From Octopus vulgaris (taxonomy: Eukaryota): 64,000 nucleotides of DNA. The position numbers were made by a program, and so were the translations under genes. A model generated the notes under the pieces. The model did no database searches. It had not been told where the DNA came from and was given only the letters and a program-made list of their open reading frames with translations. The stretch spans positions 26,102,001-26,166,000 of the forward strand of contig OX597814.1 in NCBI GenBank assembly GCA_951406725.2, in the 5' to 3' direction. This document shows positions 40,981 through 54,094 of this stretch, piece after piece. Each line of letters starts with the position of its first letter. Position 1 is the stretch's first letter.

Positions 40981-43900
40981 ACAGTAACATGAATGATGAC
41001 AAAAGAATAATTGATTTCACTGACATTATTACAAGAAAACACGTTTTGGGTTCTTACATGCAATCCACACAACTAAATAACTAGTAGTGGATAAAAGAAA
41101 ACAATTTATTTTTCTTTTTCAAAATATCTGAACCATGAAATAAATAGGTTGTTCTTTAAAAAGATATTTGTTAATGGAATCTTCATAACATTTTCTCTCT
41201 TTTAATTCTTTCTAGAAATTCTAGAAATAGAGAGAATAATGTAGTTTTATGTTATGAATATTGATTTCTTTCTCTCAAAGTTAATAAAATAATTACCTGT
41301 AATATGCTGATGTCAATTCAATTGACCATACATCCTTGTTTTCTTCTGTCAAGTTATACAAGCACAAGACCACAGAATTGTAAAGAAATGAAATACAATG
41401 GTGTCACATTTGCAATTTCTAAAAGGCATTGTCATAATAACATAAATGGAAATGATTCTGATCAGGAACCAAAAGCCTGTTGTGAACTTGGCTAACAACT
41501 TGCTTGCTTCTACCTAAGAGGACACATTGTTTTACCTCCCAATTTTAATAACAACAGGATAAGGGCTGAAACAATGAATGAACCTCTACACAGCCAAATC
41601 TCACAACTTACATCCTACTATCTTAAAAAAAAAAAAGAACACATAGTAAACTTGAAAAATAAAATAAAAGACAAAGAAGCTCACATCTGGAACACTTTGG
41701 ATTCTATGTCTGCTTGATAAGAATTTATCTAGAGCTAAACTACAGCAAAAGCAATATTAACTTAAGACAGGTGTTTGAAAGAATTGATAATACACAGAAT
41801 ATGATGTTCTGCAGTATTTAACAAGATCCCTTTTGTAATTTTACCGTGTCACTTTCACTTTGTTCCATGTAGTGATTTATAAAATAAATGCCAATCAAAT
41901 ACAGTGTATGAATACATTAAAGATTCCCATCACTTATGAATGTATAATCTCCTACTACTCTATTGGTAATAATGTTACAACAGCCATTCTTTTATTGTTT
42001 CAGCTATTGGACTGTGGCCATGCTGAGACACTACATTGAAAAATTTAAGCAATCAAATTTACTACAATATTTAATTTAAGTCTAGTAAACAATCTAACAA
42101 GCAGTGAAAGACACATAGATACACACACACACACACATACACATGGATATGGCAAGCTTTTGAACAGTTACCATCAAGAAATTCTCACAGCCCAGGGCTA
42201 TAGTTGAAGATGCTTATCTTAAATTGCACACAGCTGAAAGGAGTGAGCCTAAAAACACATGGTTTGTAAAGCAAGCTTTTTAAACACACAGCTGGGTCTG
42301 AAGATTAAGAAAATAACATTAGAAAATTTCCTTAGGATAGGTTTTGCATGAAAAACATATAACCAAGTGCAAGTTTGCTTCTAGCTTTAATTTTTTACTG
42401 GGTTTCTATAGTTGACTGCCCTTCTTAACACCAACCACCTTTCAGTGTGTACTTCATGCACCAACACTAGAGAAATTGTCATATCATCAACAAGATTAGA
42501 GTTTCTTTGGCTCCACACTTGCCAGAGTGCCCTGCATATGCATTTTATTATATCCCTAGCACTAGAGAGGATTACCATGTCCTTGACAGAACTGAAGGGA
42601 CCCTTTCACCCATGATTCTACATGCTCTTCAGCCACTTTACAGAGTGTTATAGGCTGAATTATAGTGGCATCAACACTATGACTGGATTAGATTCATACC
42701 TCATAAAATCAGAGAGTCTTCACCACTCGATTATGCATTCCACAACAGTGTGATAATGGAAACAAAGTGATTGATGGAATCATGGAAAGAGAATTGATGG
42801 AAGTATGGAGGAGGGATAGTTAGTAATGAGTGGTTAAATGGGTGAAAAAATTCCTGACAGTTGAATAGCATCTTGTCAAAATGAAATTTTGCATCTCATC
42901 CCTTTGGAAATCAGTAATAAATATTTACTCAACACTAACTAAAAGATGAGAAAGGAAATAGTAATTCCAGACAGAGAGGGGGTGCTGTAGTATATAAAAT
43001 AAAATGTACTGTTTAAATAAATATGAACTCAAGACTCATGAATTATTGGCAATTCAATGTTTTATCTACTTGGCCATTTCCTAACTGCACATTCATATAT
43101 GAAATAAATTAATAATTAAAATAACTGGGCTTAACTCTTTAATGCAGAAAATATATTTTTAGAATTTTTATGGCTGTTGTGAAATAAATTTCATGAAATC
43201 CTATTTTATTACATGGCATAGGATGTATACAAAGAATATTATATGACAGCTTTGCAGTAATGCTCAGATTCACTCTCATAATCACTTTCATAATCAATAT
43301 CAGGAAATGCTATCCCCAAACATGGCATTTTATGGCAGCTAAAAATAATTGTATATAATATGGGAGATTGTATCCCTCTAAATAACAAGAACATTGCACT
43401 TCATAAAAGCAGGGTACATCAACTCACCACATAAAGTAAATAATACTTCCAATAAGTATATTAAAGGTCAGTGCCTCAAGTATATTAAATGGGAGAATGC
43501 ATCATTCCAAACAGCAAGGACATTGCATTTATATTATGTAGGTATCATAAATCAACTTTAAACATACGCATACAAAATAATGCCTTCCAATAAATATATT
43601 TGAAATCTACTGCAGTAAGTTTTGGTAGTAATGGTTTAAATTATTCTTCATTGATGAGATCTAATAAGACTGAAACATGTTTGAAGTTGTCATCATACTG
43701 CCAAAGATCAGATCGTCTCTTCCATTCTATTTTGAATTCTTTTAACTTTTGTGGTTAACTCCCCAACCCTTTTTTTTAATGCAAGAGTGGCTGTGTGGTA
43801 AGTAGCTTGCTTACCAACTACATAGTTCCAGGTTCATAAAAATTTAACATAGCAAGTGTGACTCCCTACCATGTAAATATAGGAAAAGGAACACCTGCCA

Positions 43901-44071
43901 GATGAGTATGAGAATATATAGATAAGAACCCACTACACACAAAATCAGCTTTTGTTTGATTAAAATGATTGCTTTTTCTTTTCAAAATAATTGAAGGAGC
44001 TTTTATAAAATATCAGTTGAGAAAAAGAGGTACTTTACAAGAATTTGATAAAAAAAACAACTCTGCTCTAT

Positions 44072-44178
44072 ATCTTGTTTGCTAAGGAAACCTCCAGCTT
44101 TTGCTCAATATTCAATAAATAGCACATCCAGCCATCTAAAAATAGGAAGGACATATTGGATAATGTAGTACTAAATAT
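44072..44178 (-). repeat. 107-bp inverted duplicate of 36023-36129
   Basis: Partner of 36023-36129 (same alignment). Confidence 0.9.
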
Positions 44179-45073
44179 GTAAAAAAAAAAAGTCACTCAA
44201 TATACAAAAATATTCCTGTAAAATATTCACATTTCTTAGAAAGAAGAAAAATTGGATAGGGTAGTCCTGGATAAAGTATGTAAGAAATATATGTGGTAGT
44301 TATAGCACAGATAATTTTGATCATAGGTCAAAAGCTAACATTGGCTTTTGTGAATACATTTCTCATGAAACACACTGGCTGTGTAGTTTAATTAGTCTTG
44401 AAAGTAATCAAGAATTTGGAAAAATTAAATGAAATGAGAAAATTTTTTTATTAAGCTAGTGTTTAGTACTTAGCAAAAATGGTTTTAAGATAAATCTCTG
44501 ATGCAAGATTTTAATTTAAGCATGAGCATTTTAAAATGCTAGTTTTTCCATTATAGAAGTAGAAGTGGTTTCAGACAAGTTATTATGAAAAGGGTTACAC
44601 AACAGCATAACTTATTGATTAGAAACAAGTTTCACTTTTGCACCTATCAGCATATAAAATGCATGATAAAACTACTAACATGACCTCTGAAACTTTAAAA
44701 AAATTACAAAAGATGCAAAGATGTTTTACATGCCATGTCTAGAATTTAAAACTTATCGATGGTGTGAGCTATAAATCAAATTTAAGTTTTATACTTGGCA
44801 TATAAGATTTAGGTAACACTTTTAAAGTGACAAAGAATGTTTTATGAGATGGAATATCTCATAAAGCTTAGCTTAGTAACTTAGCTTAATAACTCAAGAA
44901 CATTCTGACTCATTGATTATGCTAACGTATATTCTTTGCATAGGAATCCTGCTACCTAAGCGACCAGTCAATTTACTACTCAACGTAACTGGTCCAACAC
45001 TCTTCTCTCAGACCTATCAAGACATATAATCCAGCATATTACATGTATCATATATTAAACAATGTTAACACTT

Positions 45074-45985
45074 CAAGATGGTATCAAAATGTTCCTGGAC
45101 TAGTTCCATAGTGTGCCAACAGATGGCAGCACATGGTTGCATGCACAGTGAGAGCTAGCAGTGACCTTCATGAGGCAGTGTGCCGATTGACATCAGTGTG
45201 TTTACTTCGTAAGATGTGAAATTTGTGTTTTTGTGATCACTTGGATGCTGTAGTCTGCAGTTTTGTTATGGATAGGAACAAAGAGCCAACATAATATTTT
45301 GCATTAAATTTAGGAAGTCTGCTACAAAAGACATTGAGCATGCTTTGGCAAGCTTACAGTAACAAGTTAAATGAATTGTACACAATATTTTGAATGGCAC
45401 AGATGCTTCAAAAGTGGAAGAAGGTTCCTGGAAGATGATGTGCAATCTGGAAAATATACAATGAGCGTCACCCCTGGGAGTGTGGTATTGTGCATTGAGA
45501 ATTTGTCCCCCAGGATCAGATCAATCAAGAATTCTACTGCAATGTTTTGAAGCATTTGAGGGAGGAAATTCGTCAAATGTGATCGGATCTATGGAGCGCA
45601 AAGAATTGAATTCTTTACAGCAACACTGTACCCTATCACCAAGCTCTCCTCACTCATGAGTTTCTCATCAAAAACATAGTATTGCTTCTGCACCGACCCA
45701 ATTCAACAGATTTAGCACCTGCAGGCTTCCATCTCTTCCCCAAGATGAAAAGACAGCTCAAAGGTCACTATTTTAACACTGTTGTCATGATTCAGAGTGA
45801 ATTGCAGAAGACCCTTGACTTGCTTATGGAAAATTACTTCCAGGCCAGATTCTAAAAGTGACAGGAATGCTGGAACCAGTGTATTGCTACACAAGATGAC
45901 TATTTCAAAGGAGATTATGTTAAAACTTATATAAATGATTGTTTATTAAACATAACCTGTCCAGGAATTCTTTGATACCACCTTG
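45074..45985 (+). mobile_element. Internally deleted mariner transposon with both TIRs
   Basis: TIRs caagatggtatcaaaatgttcctggac / gtccaggaattctttgataccaccttg. EFVPQDQINQEFYCNVLKHLRE, STDLAPAGFHLFPKMKRQLKG and CIATQDDYFKGD are present. The central WVP-to-first-D region is missing. Confidence 0.9.
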
Positions 45986-47217
45986 CACAACAACATCTAG
46001 AATGTTTATTGCTCAATTAAACTATCTGAATAACTGCAGGAAAACAGACGATTACATTCTACCACAAGGTAAAATTATTTCTCATGGTTTGCTAGACAAC
46101 AATAGCACCAAAATATCAAATATCTAGAGATTTTACCAGTTCACAGTAAATTCTCCTAAGACCCTTGTTATTCTTTGAGTCTACATTGAGCTATTATACA
46201 GTTCCTGTTTCATCCTTAAAAAAAAACAATTGCAAAACATCTCATTCAAGCAATATTTATTTTCTGATTTACTGTACACTTAATGGGTCATTACTTATTT
46301 ATGGATTAAATGATTGAAACAAATCTATAAGAAGCGAATAGAGAGATAAATATGTTGTTCTGTCTGGCTCATTCATATTCAGTAACAGTGGAGTCTCTCT
46401 AACACATACAGTGAAAGTTAATTTGATTAGCAGCAGACTGGTTATTATTTGACTGAATATCACTTAGCTTTCATAATCATAAATCATTTCTGAATGCTGA
46501 TATTCACTTTGAATACAATAATGCTGGTTCTTTATCAGTGAGAATTCTATTGGTCATTGGAAGCATAACCCATGTTCTAATAGTTTATAAGTAGAACATT
46601 GTTAAACATTAATAGGTGCTAAGTCAGTATAATCATTAAGTTGAATTAATACATAAAAACTTTGATCCAATTTAATTAATTATCATATTTCACAGCAGAT
46701 GTTTCCTTTATTTTCAGCAAGTCAATGCAGTATCAGAATGATTTCCTAAGAGGTTGACACTTTGTCTTGTGTCACTCTCATTACATGAATCCACTTAATT
46801 TTTAATGGCTAAGTCTACTAGCTCAAGATAGCATGCAGGACTGTATGTTGCAATGATGTAAGCTGTATCATAATGAATGTTTTTTTTTCTTTTTTTACTT
46901 ATACAGCTGAGTTCAAATCTTTCGGTGAGGAATATACCTGCTATTGACTAATATTCCATTCAGGGAAAGATTTGCTTTCATATTCACTTAACATAATTGT
47001 AACCAGAAAACAAGCACCCACCCTTGAAACAAACACAAGTACACTACTCTGGAGTAGAAGATAATTGATATAGTGAATTTTAAACTTTTGAATACTAGTT
47101 CTGTTGCTAACCACATTAACTTTTCACTACTTTGCTACTTTATCAAAAATAATGGATATGTGACAGTGAATATGAATATGTAACAGTATATGTATTTATC
47201 AGGCATGTACCAGAGTT

Positions 47218-47291
<74 letters not shown>

Positions 47292-47315
47292 TTCTCTTGC
47301 TTTCTCTCACTCTCC

Positions 47316-47355
<40 letters not shown>

Positions 47356-48077
47356 CCTCCACCACCATACATCTCCCCTACTCTCTCTACACTCATATGT
47401 TTCTTTCCTTGTATACTGTCATTATTATTGGTACTATTCTGCTACACTTCCTCCTTCTATTTACCCCCTTTTCTACATGGTCAGTCAACTCCTCTCCCCT
47501 ACTCCCACTTACGTAAGAGATTTGAGGTAAATTTTTGTTGCCTACTCTTCCCTACTTTCTGTATTTATCATCTCTCAACACCTGTTACTTATAATATTTA
47601 CTCTTTCACCCATTGTTCATCTCATCTCTAACCCTCTCTCAGTTCCCACTCATTTCTACTTATCTCATATCTTGATGGTCCAGTCTCACACCTCATCACC
47701 ACCATTTGTATCTTCTTTCAGTTCCACTACAACCACACACACCATGTCTTCTATATTGTGAAGATCTCTACAGCAAGAAGCCTATTCTATCCTGATCCCT
47801 TTTCTCTTACTTTAACCCCTCATTCCACAACATAAAGCTTCCTCCCACTCAGAGGAAGCTTTATGCTACAATCCCAATTGGTCATAGAGATCATAGACAT
47901 ATGAATAGACAGGAGAATAAAGTTCATGCGTAATAAAGTTCATACATAATAATGATGGGCTGTGAACTTTATTCTCCTGCCTGTATTATTCTATCTACTC
48001 TTTTACTCTTTATTATTCTATCTGCTATTTTATTCTTTTATAATTCCCTGTCTAGAACTTTCATACATAGACACCTT

Positions 48078-48153
48078 GTCTCTGATGATGAAATACCCAG
48101 TGTATGGAGATGCTAACCTATCACTTGAGATATCCCAGAAACAGCTGTAAAGC
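48078..48153 (+). ncRNA. Minimal type I hammerhead motif in a PLE-like terminal repeat fragment (~47963-48260)
   Basis: gtct CTGATGA tgaaatacccagtg...cacttgagatatccca GAAA cagctg TA aagc: intact core, palindromic stem III, GUA site, degenerate stems I and II. Confidence 0.75.
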
Positions 48154-48322
48154 ATCCAATAATTAATTAATTAATTAATTAACTAATTGATTAATCAATT
48201 ACCTAAAATTCACCTTACTCTAATTAAATATTCTAAATGACTCGAGATACTCATCTTGCCTTGGTTTTTCTTGTTCTTTTTCCTCTAATATATATACATG
48301 TATATATATATATGTATGTATG

Positions 48323-48364
<42 letters not shown>

Positions 48365-50423
48365 TGTATATATTGTGTTGTACATACATACATATATACA
48401 TATATACATACATACACATGCACACCCACACACACACGCATGTGCACGCACACGAGCTTGTGCGCACACACACACACACACACACATACACATATATGAA
48501 TATACAACAGACTTCTTCAAGTTCTATTTACCAAATTTTACTCACATGGTATTGGTCAACTCATGGCTAGTGTACAGAACACCAGCCAGCTGCATCCATG
48601 CCACATGGTTCCAAAGTGAACTTCTTAACCACACAGTCATATCTGCATCTACATAAGCATGTATGTATGTATGTATGTATGTATGTATGTATGTATGTAT
48701 GTATGTATGTATGTATGTATGTATGTATGTATGCATGTATGCATGTGTGTATGCATGTATGTATGCATGTATGTATGCATGCATACAAGTATGTATTTCA
48801 GGAGAAAAAATCTTCATTCAGATCACATCTATTTTACATGGAACTTAAAGTAAAGGTAAAGCTAGTAGCATTTATCTACTGTATTATAATACACACATAA
48901 ATACATATACTTATGTGTGTATATGTGTGAGTATGTGTGAGTGTGTGTATGTATATGTATATATATGTATGTGTATATGTGTACATACATATGTGTATAT
49001 GTATGGATGTGTGTCAGCACATGCACATAATTATGCATTATATGTTTATGTATATTTAGAATATCTGAACCTACCCAGTACGTCAGGGAGATCAAACATA
49101 TAACGTGGTATACAAATTTTAAAGTGTTTCCCGTTACCTACCAAATTTTAATATTTAATGACAAAAACTCATTTTTATTTTCCATATACAATTTATAAAG
49201 TTTTATTTTTAGTGACTGAATTATGCAAAAATAATAGTGAGATCCATAGAAAAATCTAGAATTTTGATATTTCCATAGTTCTTATTGATTTTGATTTTTT
49301 CACAAAGCTAGAAAAAAATGTGAGGATTTTTCACAGATGCATATACTTAAAAATCATGCTTTGATATGAAAGTTATTTATAAATGACAGTATTAATTCAT
49401 CTCACTCAAATATACATAGGGCTACATCAAAAGTTGGTCCCTGTAGCAGTTTTTCTACAATATATATATAAAAAGTTTACTCATATTTTAAATGTATTCT
49501 CTCTTTTGGCATGGGCAGCAGTATATATGCTTGTTGTGGTATTTCTGTAACGTGCTATTTTGCCTTTCTTGCTTGATCTTTTATATCTTTGGTTCTCAAT
49601 TCATCCTGTTACGCTTCTATTAATCTTTCTTTGTTCTCATTTGCACTATTTCAGCTTTATATATAACTTCATATATTCAGCTTTATATATTTCAAAGTTT
49701 CTTATTTTATTATTTTATTATTACTTGCTTGCTATTAATTCAGGGAAAATTTAATACTCACTTTAGAGTATTTTGGTAAAAACATCAAAATTTTCAGCTG
49801 TATTTTATTATATTCAACTCTGTCTCGTAATTGTTTTAATGTAATTTTGAATTTCCATTTTTTTTATTCCTTTGCTTTTGCAATAAAAACTATATTGTTG
49901 TTTTATTAATATTTTATTTCATTCTTGTCTAGCTTGCTACTAGGGTAGTCAGGTGGTAGAATTATTAAAGCATTGGCAAAGTAGCATGCAGTATTTTCTC
50001 CAGCTCTTTGCATTCTATGCTCAAATTTTACTGAGGCCAACTCTCCCACTTATTCTTCTAGGGTTGGTAAAATAAAGTACCATCAATTGCTGGGGTTCAA
50101 TTCCTCTCTTTCTTTTCCATAGTTTCCATTTCCTTAAAGACAACAGCTTTCATTCTCATAAAATGGAAGAATGTGCTCACCAAGGACCAATGCTATCTTA
50201 AGGTCCAAGAACACCAAGCAGTTGGTCTATAATACTGTAAAGATGGCCCAGCCAATGACCCAGCATGTAATGTTAATGTAAGGCCTATGATATTAATGAG
50301 CACCTCATTTAGTTTTTCTTAATATTTGCTTTTGTTATCATCATGATTTTGTGAATATATTTTTTGTCCATCATAACAGAAACACAACACAGATATATAT
50401 GTGTGTGCGTGTGCATATGAATA

Positions 50424-50462
<39 letters not shown>

Positions 50463-50812
50463 TTTAAAAATAGAGAAAAATGGCAACAAGAAAAAACAAC
50501 AACACAAGTATGTGGTACATGCAAAGTATTAATAAGACACTCAGAGAAGAAAAGAAAGAGTGGTTGTTTTATGTATCAAAGCAAAGTTCTTCTTCAGAAA
50601 CAAGAGATGCATGAAAGTCCAAAAGAAAAGGAAGAAGGTGGGAAAAAATTGCTAACTGTCCATGTGTAGTTACATTTTCGAATGGCCGGAAGTAGATGGA
50701 CAAAGAGAAAGTGCTTTCTGGGACTGGAGAGTGTGAAGAATGGTTGGTATCTGTGTGTATGTGTGATATACATACATATTTATATTCATATATATATATA
50801 TATATATATATA

Positions 50813-51155
50813 TAGGTGCTGGAGTGACTGTGTGGTAAGTAGCTTGCTTACCAACCACAAGGTTCTGGGTTCAATCCCATTACGATGCACCTTGGGCAAG
50901 TGTCTTCTACTATAGCCTTGGGCCAACCAAAGCCTTGTGAGTGGATTTGGTAGACAGAAACTGAAAGAAGCCTGTCGTGTGTGTGTGTGTGTTTGTGTAT
51001 CTGTGTTTGTCCCCCCAAACATTGCTTGAAAACCGATGTTGGTGTGTTTATGCCCCTGCAACTTAGTGGTTCAGCAAAATAGACCAATAGAATATGTACT
51101 AGGCTTATAAAGAATAAGTCCTGGGGTCAATTTGCTCGACTAAAGGTGGAGCACC
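50813..51155 (+). mobile_element. Composite tRNA/CORE SINE
   Basis: ggagtgactgtgtggtaagtagcttgcttaccaaccac...ggttcaatccc...ccttgggcaagtgtcttctactatagcc...(TG)n...ctggggtcaatttgctcgactaaagg. Confidence 0.88.
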
Positions 51156-51177
51156 ACATTTATATATATATATATAC

Positions 51178-51965
51178 CATCATTTTCATTATTTAGTGTC
51201 CATTTTCCATGCTGGCATGGGTAAGATGGTCTGACTGAGGCTGGTAAACCAGAGAGCTGCACCAGGTTCTAGTCTGTTTGGGCTTGGTTTCGACTGCTGG
51301 ATGTCCGTCCTCACATCAACTACTCCACAGTGAAATGGGTGTTTATTTTCATGTCACTGGCACAGATGCTTCTTACATGGTATGGGTGCTTCTGTCACTG
51401 GCACATGTCTTTTATGTGTCACTGGCAATTTCACTTAGCTTGACAAGCACAGCAAATCACCAAAAGTCTCAATCACTTGTCATCACTGCCATGAGACTCA
51501 ACATCTAAAGTTCATATTTCACCACCTCGTCCCACATCTTCCCGAGTCTACTTCTTCCTCAGGTTCACTCCACAGTTAGAGATCGGCACTTCTTTACGCA
51601 ACTGTCCTTGTCTATATGCATCACATGACCATACCATTACAGTCTTCTCCCTTGCACACTACATCTGATGCTTCTTGTACACAATTTTTCACTTACACTC
51701 TACCATATGCGCACACTGACATTGCCCATCCAGTGGAGCATACTAGCTTCATTACTTTCAAGCCTTTCCATGTCCTCTGCAGTCACAGCCCATGTTTCAC
51801 TGTCATGTAGCATAGCTGTTCGCACACGGCCATCATACAATCTGACTTTCACTCTGACAAAGAGGTTCTTTGTTACCAACAGTTGCAGAAGCTCTCTGAA
51901 CTTTGCTCAGCTCATTCTTATTCAAGAAGCTACATGCTCAGATCATCCTCCTCCACAGCTAATTT
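51178..51965 (-). mobile_element. 5'-truncated RTE LINE
   Basis: Reverse complement of the 16.4-17.6 kb copy (RIRMS*AKFRELL, TAMLHDSETW), ending in the tail at ~51180. Confidence 0.88.
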
Positions 51966-51974
51966 TGGGTGTAT

Positions 51975-52030
<56 letters not shown>

Positions 52031-52032
<2 letters not shown>

Positions 52033-52275
52033 CAGCGTACGTACACTTTGTTCTCTTATATCTGAATGTAATAGCTGAATGATGGCAGTACAGCCAGAAG
52101 TTGATAGCCCTAATCCTCTTGTTTATATTTGCTTTTGTATTGAGATTTTGCCCCTCCATATTTTAAAGAGGTCTTAGGCCATCAGGTCTTGGAGTCTGAT
52201 GATACGCCATAAAGTTAAACCCTTTATGGACGGGAAACTCAGGGTAAGCCCATAAACCAGCCTTCACCAGAAAAA
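52031..52275 (+). mobile_element. ~245-bp non-coding element with two tandem hammerhead motifs, between (TA)n tracts
   Basis: Motif 1 (52075-52110): CTGAATGA tggc agtaca gcca GAAG ttga TA gccc. Motif 2 (52196-52250): CTGATGA tacg ccataaag ttaaacc ctttatgg acgg GAAA ctcaggg TA agcc. Confidence 0.7.
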
Positions 52276-52525
52276 AAAAATTATATATATATATACATGA
52301 TAAAATAGCCCTGATTCTGTTGTATAGTGTAGATACAGCAATATATTTACATACACAAAAAGGCACCCAGCCTTTCACCTATAAGTGACATTGTGTTATT
52401 TTGACTGCTTGTAACTTCAGTACAACGATGACACACTTGTATGCTACATTATCCTCACCACATATTCACCACTTTAGTTGACTGTAAAACTGCATTGACG
52501 GAACATCTCTAACCATTTCTTCCAG

Positions 52526-53087
52526 ATGGCACACTCAATAGCAAAAAGAGTGGGAGATTGTGGAAGCATATGTGAGAATGGGTTCTGTTAAGCAAATGCA
52601 CAAAACTTTTGAAATCAAGTTTTTCGGTAAGGCTTTACTTGCAAAGAGAATGATACAAATGTTGGTTAAGAAATGGCACTCTATGGGGTCAGTGCACAAC
52701 ACTCCATAACAAAGAAATCCTACAGTTTGAAAGCTGGAAGTTATTGAGAATATTTGCCAAACGTTTACTCAGAAGTACAAAGAAATCAGGATATAAATTG
52801 GCACAGTAATCTCTCAGAAGTATGAGGTCATGCCAACAGGAGTTGAAAAGTCTGAAGTTGAAGCCATATCATTTCAAGTAAAAATGGATGACAAGAACAA
52901 ACAAGTACATTACTACCCATGGCTTTTGAATTGCAGTTGCAAACAATCAATAGAACACATTTGCAAATGAAATGGTGAGTTTTTTTCATGTGCATAAATT
53001 TATTTCTGTGTTTATAATATGTTATGGAACCTAGGTTTTTCATACACTACCACGTATACATATGTATGTATATATGTGTGTGTATAT

Positions 53088-53140
<53 letters not shown>

Positions 53141-53165
53141 GGATGACCATTTTTTGGACAACCCT
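52526..53165 (+). mobile_element. Tc1/mariner-superfamily remnant (DUF4817-like N-terminal HTH)
   Basis: MAHSIAKRV..IVEAYVRMGSVKQMHKTFEIKF...RMIQMLVKKWHSMGSVHN. TIR-like end gaccattttttggacaaccct at 53145-53165. Confidence 0.6.
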
Positions 53166-53498
53166 TATGCTAGAAGTAGATCCACTATGGTCTTACCACT
53201 AACAAATGTTCTCAAGAAAAATTTAGCAAACACTAGAATGTAAGTGAGCAAGACAAACGAAAAGTAACAAAATACAGATTATTCCCATACATGTTTCACT
53301 ATTAACAGATAACGTAATTTTACTTACACAATTGACCGGAGAACTTCAGTGTGACCGTCCATACAAATATAATTTGTAGAACTATATACGGGGACGTCTG
53401 CATGAGTCAGATCTGTATATAGTTCTACCTATTACATTTGCGTAACTGTGATAACTAAGTTACATAATTCATGACATCATAACACATAAATATATGCG

Positions 53499-53559
<61 letters not shown>

Positions 53560-53569
53560 ATATATAGTT

Positions 53570-53800
53570 TTTTATTCTTTATCCTTTTACTTGTTTCAGT
53601 CATTTGACTGTGGCCATGCTGGAGCACTGCTGTAAAGGATTTTAGTTGAAGAAATCGCCCCTGGGTCTTATTTTTTGTCAGCCTAGTATTTATTCTATTA
53701 GCAACTTTTGCCAAACCACAAAGTTACAGGGACATAAACATACCAACATCAGTTGTGAAGCAATGGTAGGAACACACACCAACACAGGATACACTCACAT
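53570..53800 (-). mobile_element. SINE 3' domain
   Basis: cttttacttgtttcagtcatttgactgtggccatgctggagcac...gttacagggacataaac. Confidence 0.8.
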
Positions 53801-54042
53801 AAACACACACACACATGTGTATATATATAAGAAATAATGGTGTCATTGTCATTGAGACCCAAAGGTGTCAGGTAATGCTGAATAAATGCTATAGACAGAC
53901 CATAGTTAAGTTCCAGATTTGGTAATATTACGAATAAAGGGTTCAACGTTGGTTCTATGTCAGCGTGTGTATATAAGAATTTTTTGCATAATAAGATAAA
54001 AAACCAAGGCTGTATAGATATTAGAGCATTTATAGATAGAAG

Positions 54043-54094
54043 GTCTTACAGCTATTTCTAGGATATTAATTAATAATATCCCTTCATCGGAGAC
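54043..54094 (-). ncRNA. Minimal type I hammerhead ribozyme motif (U4C variant)
   Basis: Minus strand reads gtct CCGATGA a gggatatt attaatt aatatcct a GAAA tagctg TA agac. Stem I gtct/agac, 8-bp stem II. Same family as the 48078 motif. Confidence 0.85.

Noticed and set aside
50815-50890. tRNA-like A/B boxes
   Set aside because: SINE head: no cloverleaf, and it continues into CORE-like sequence.
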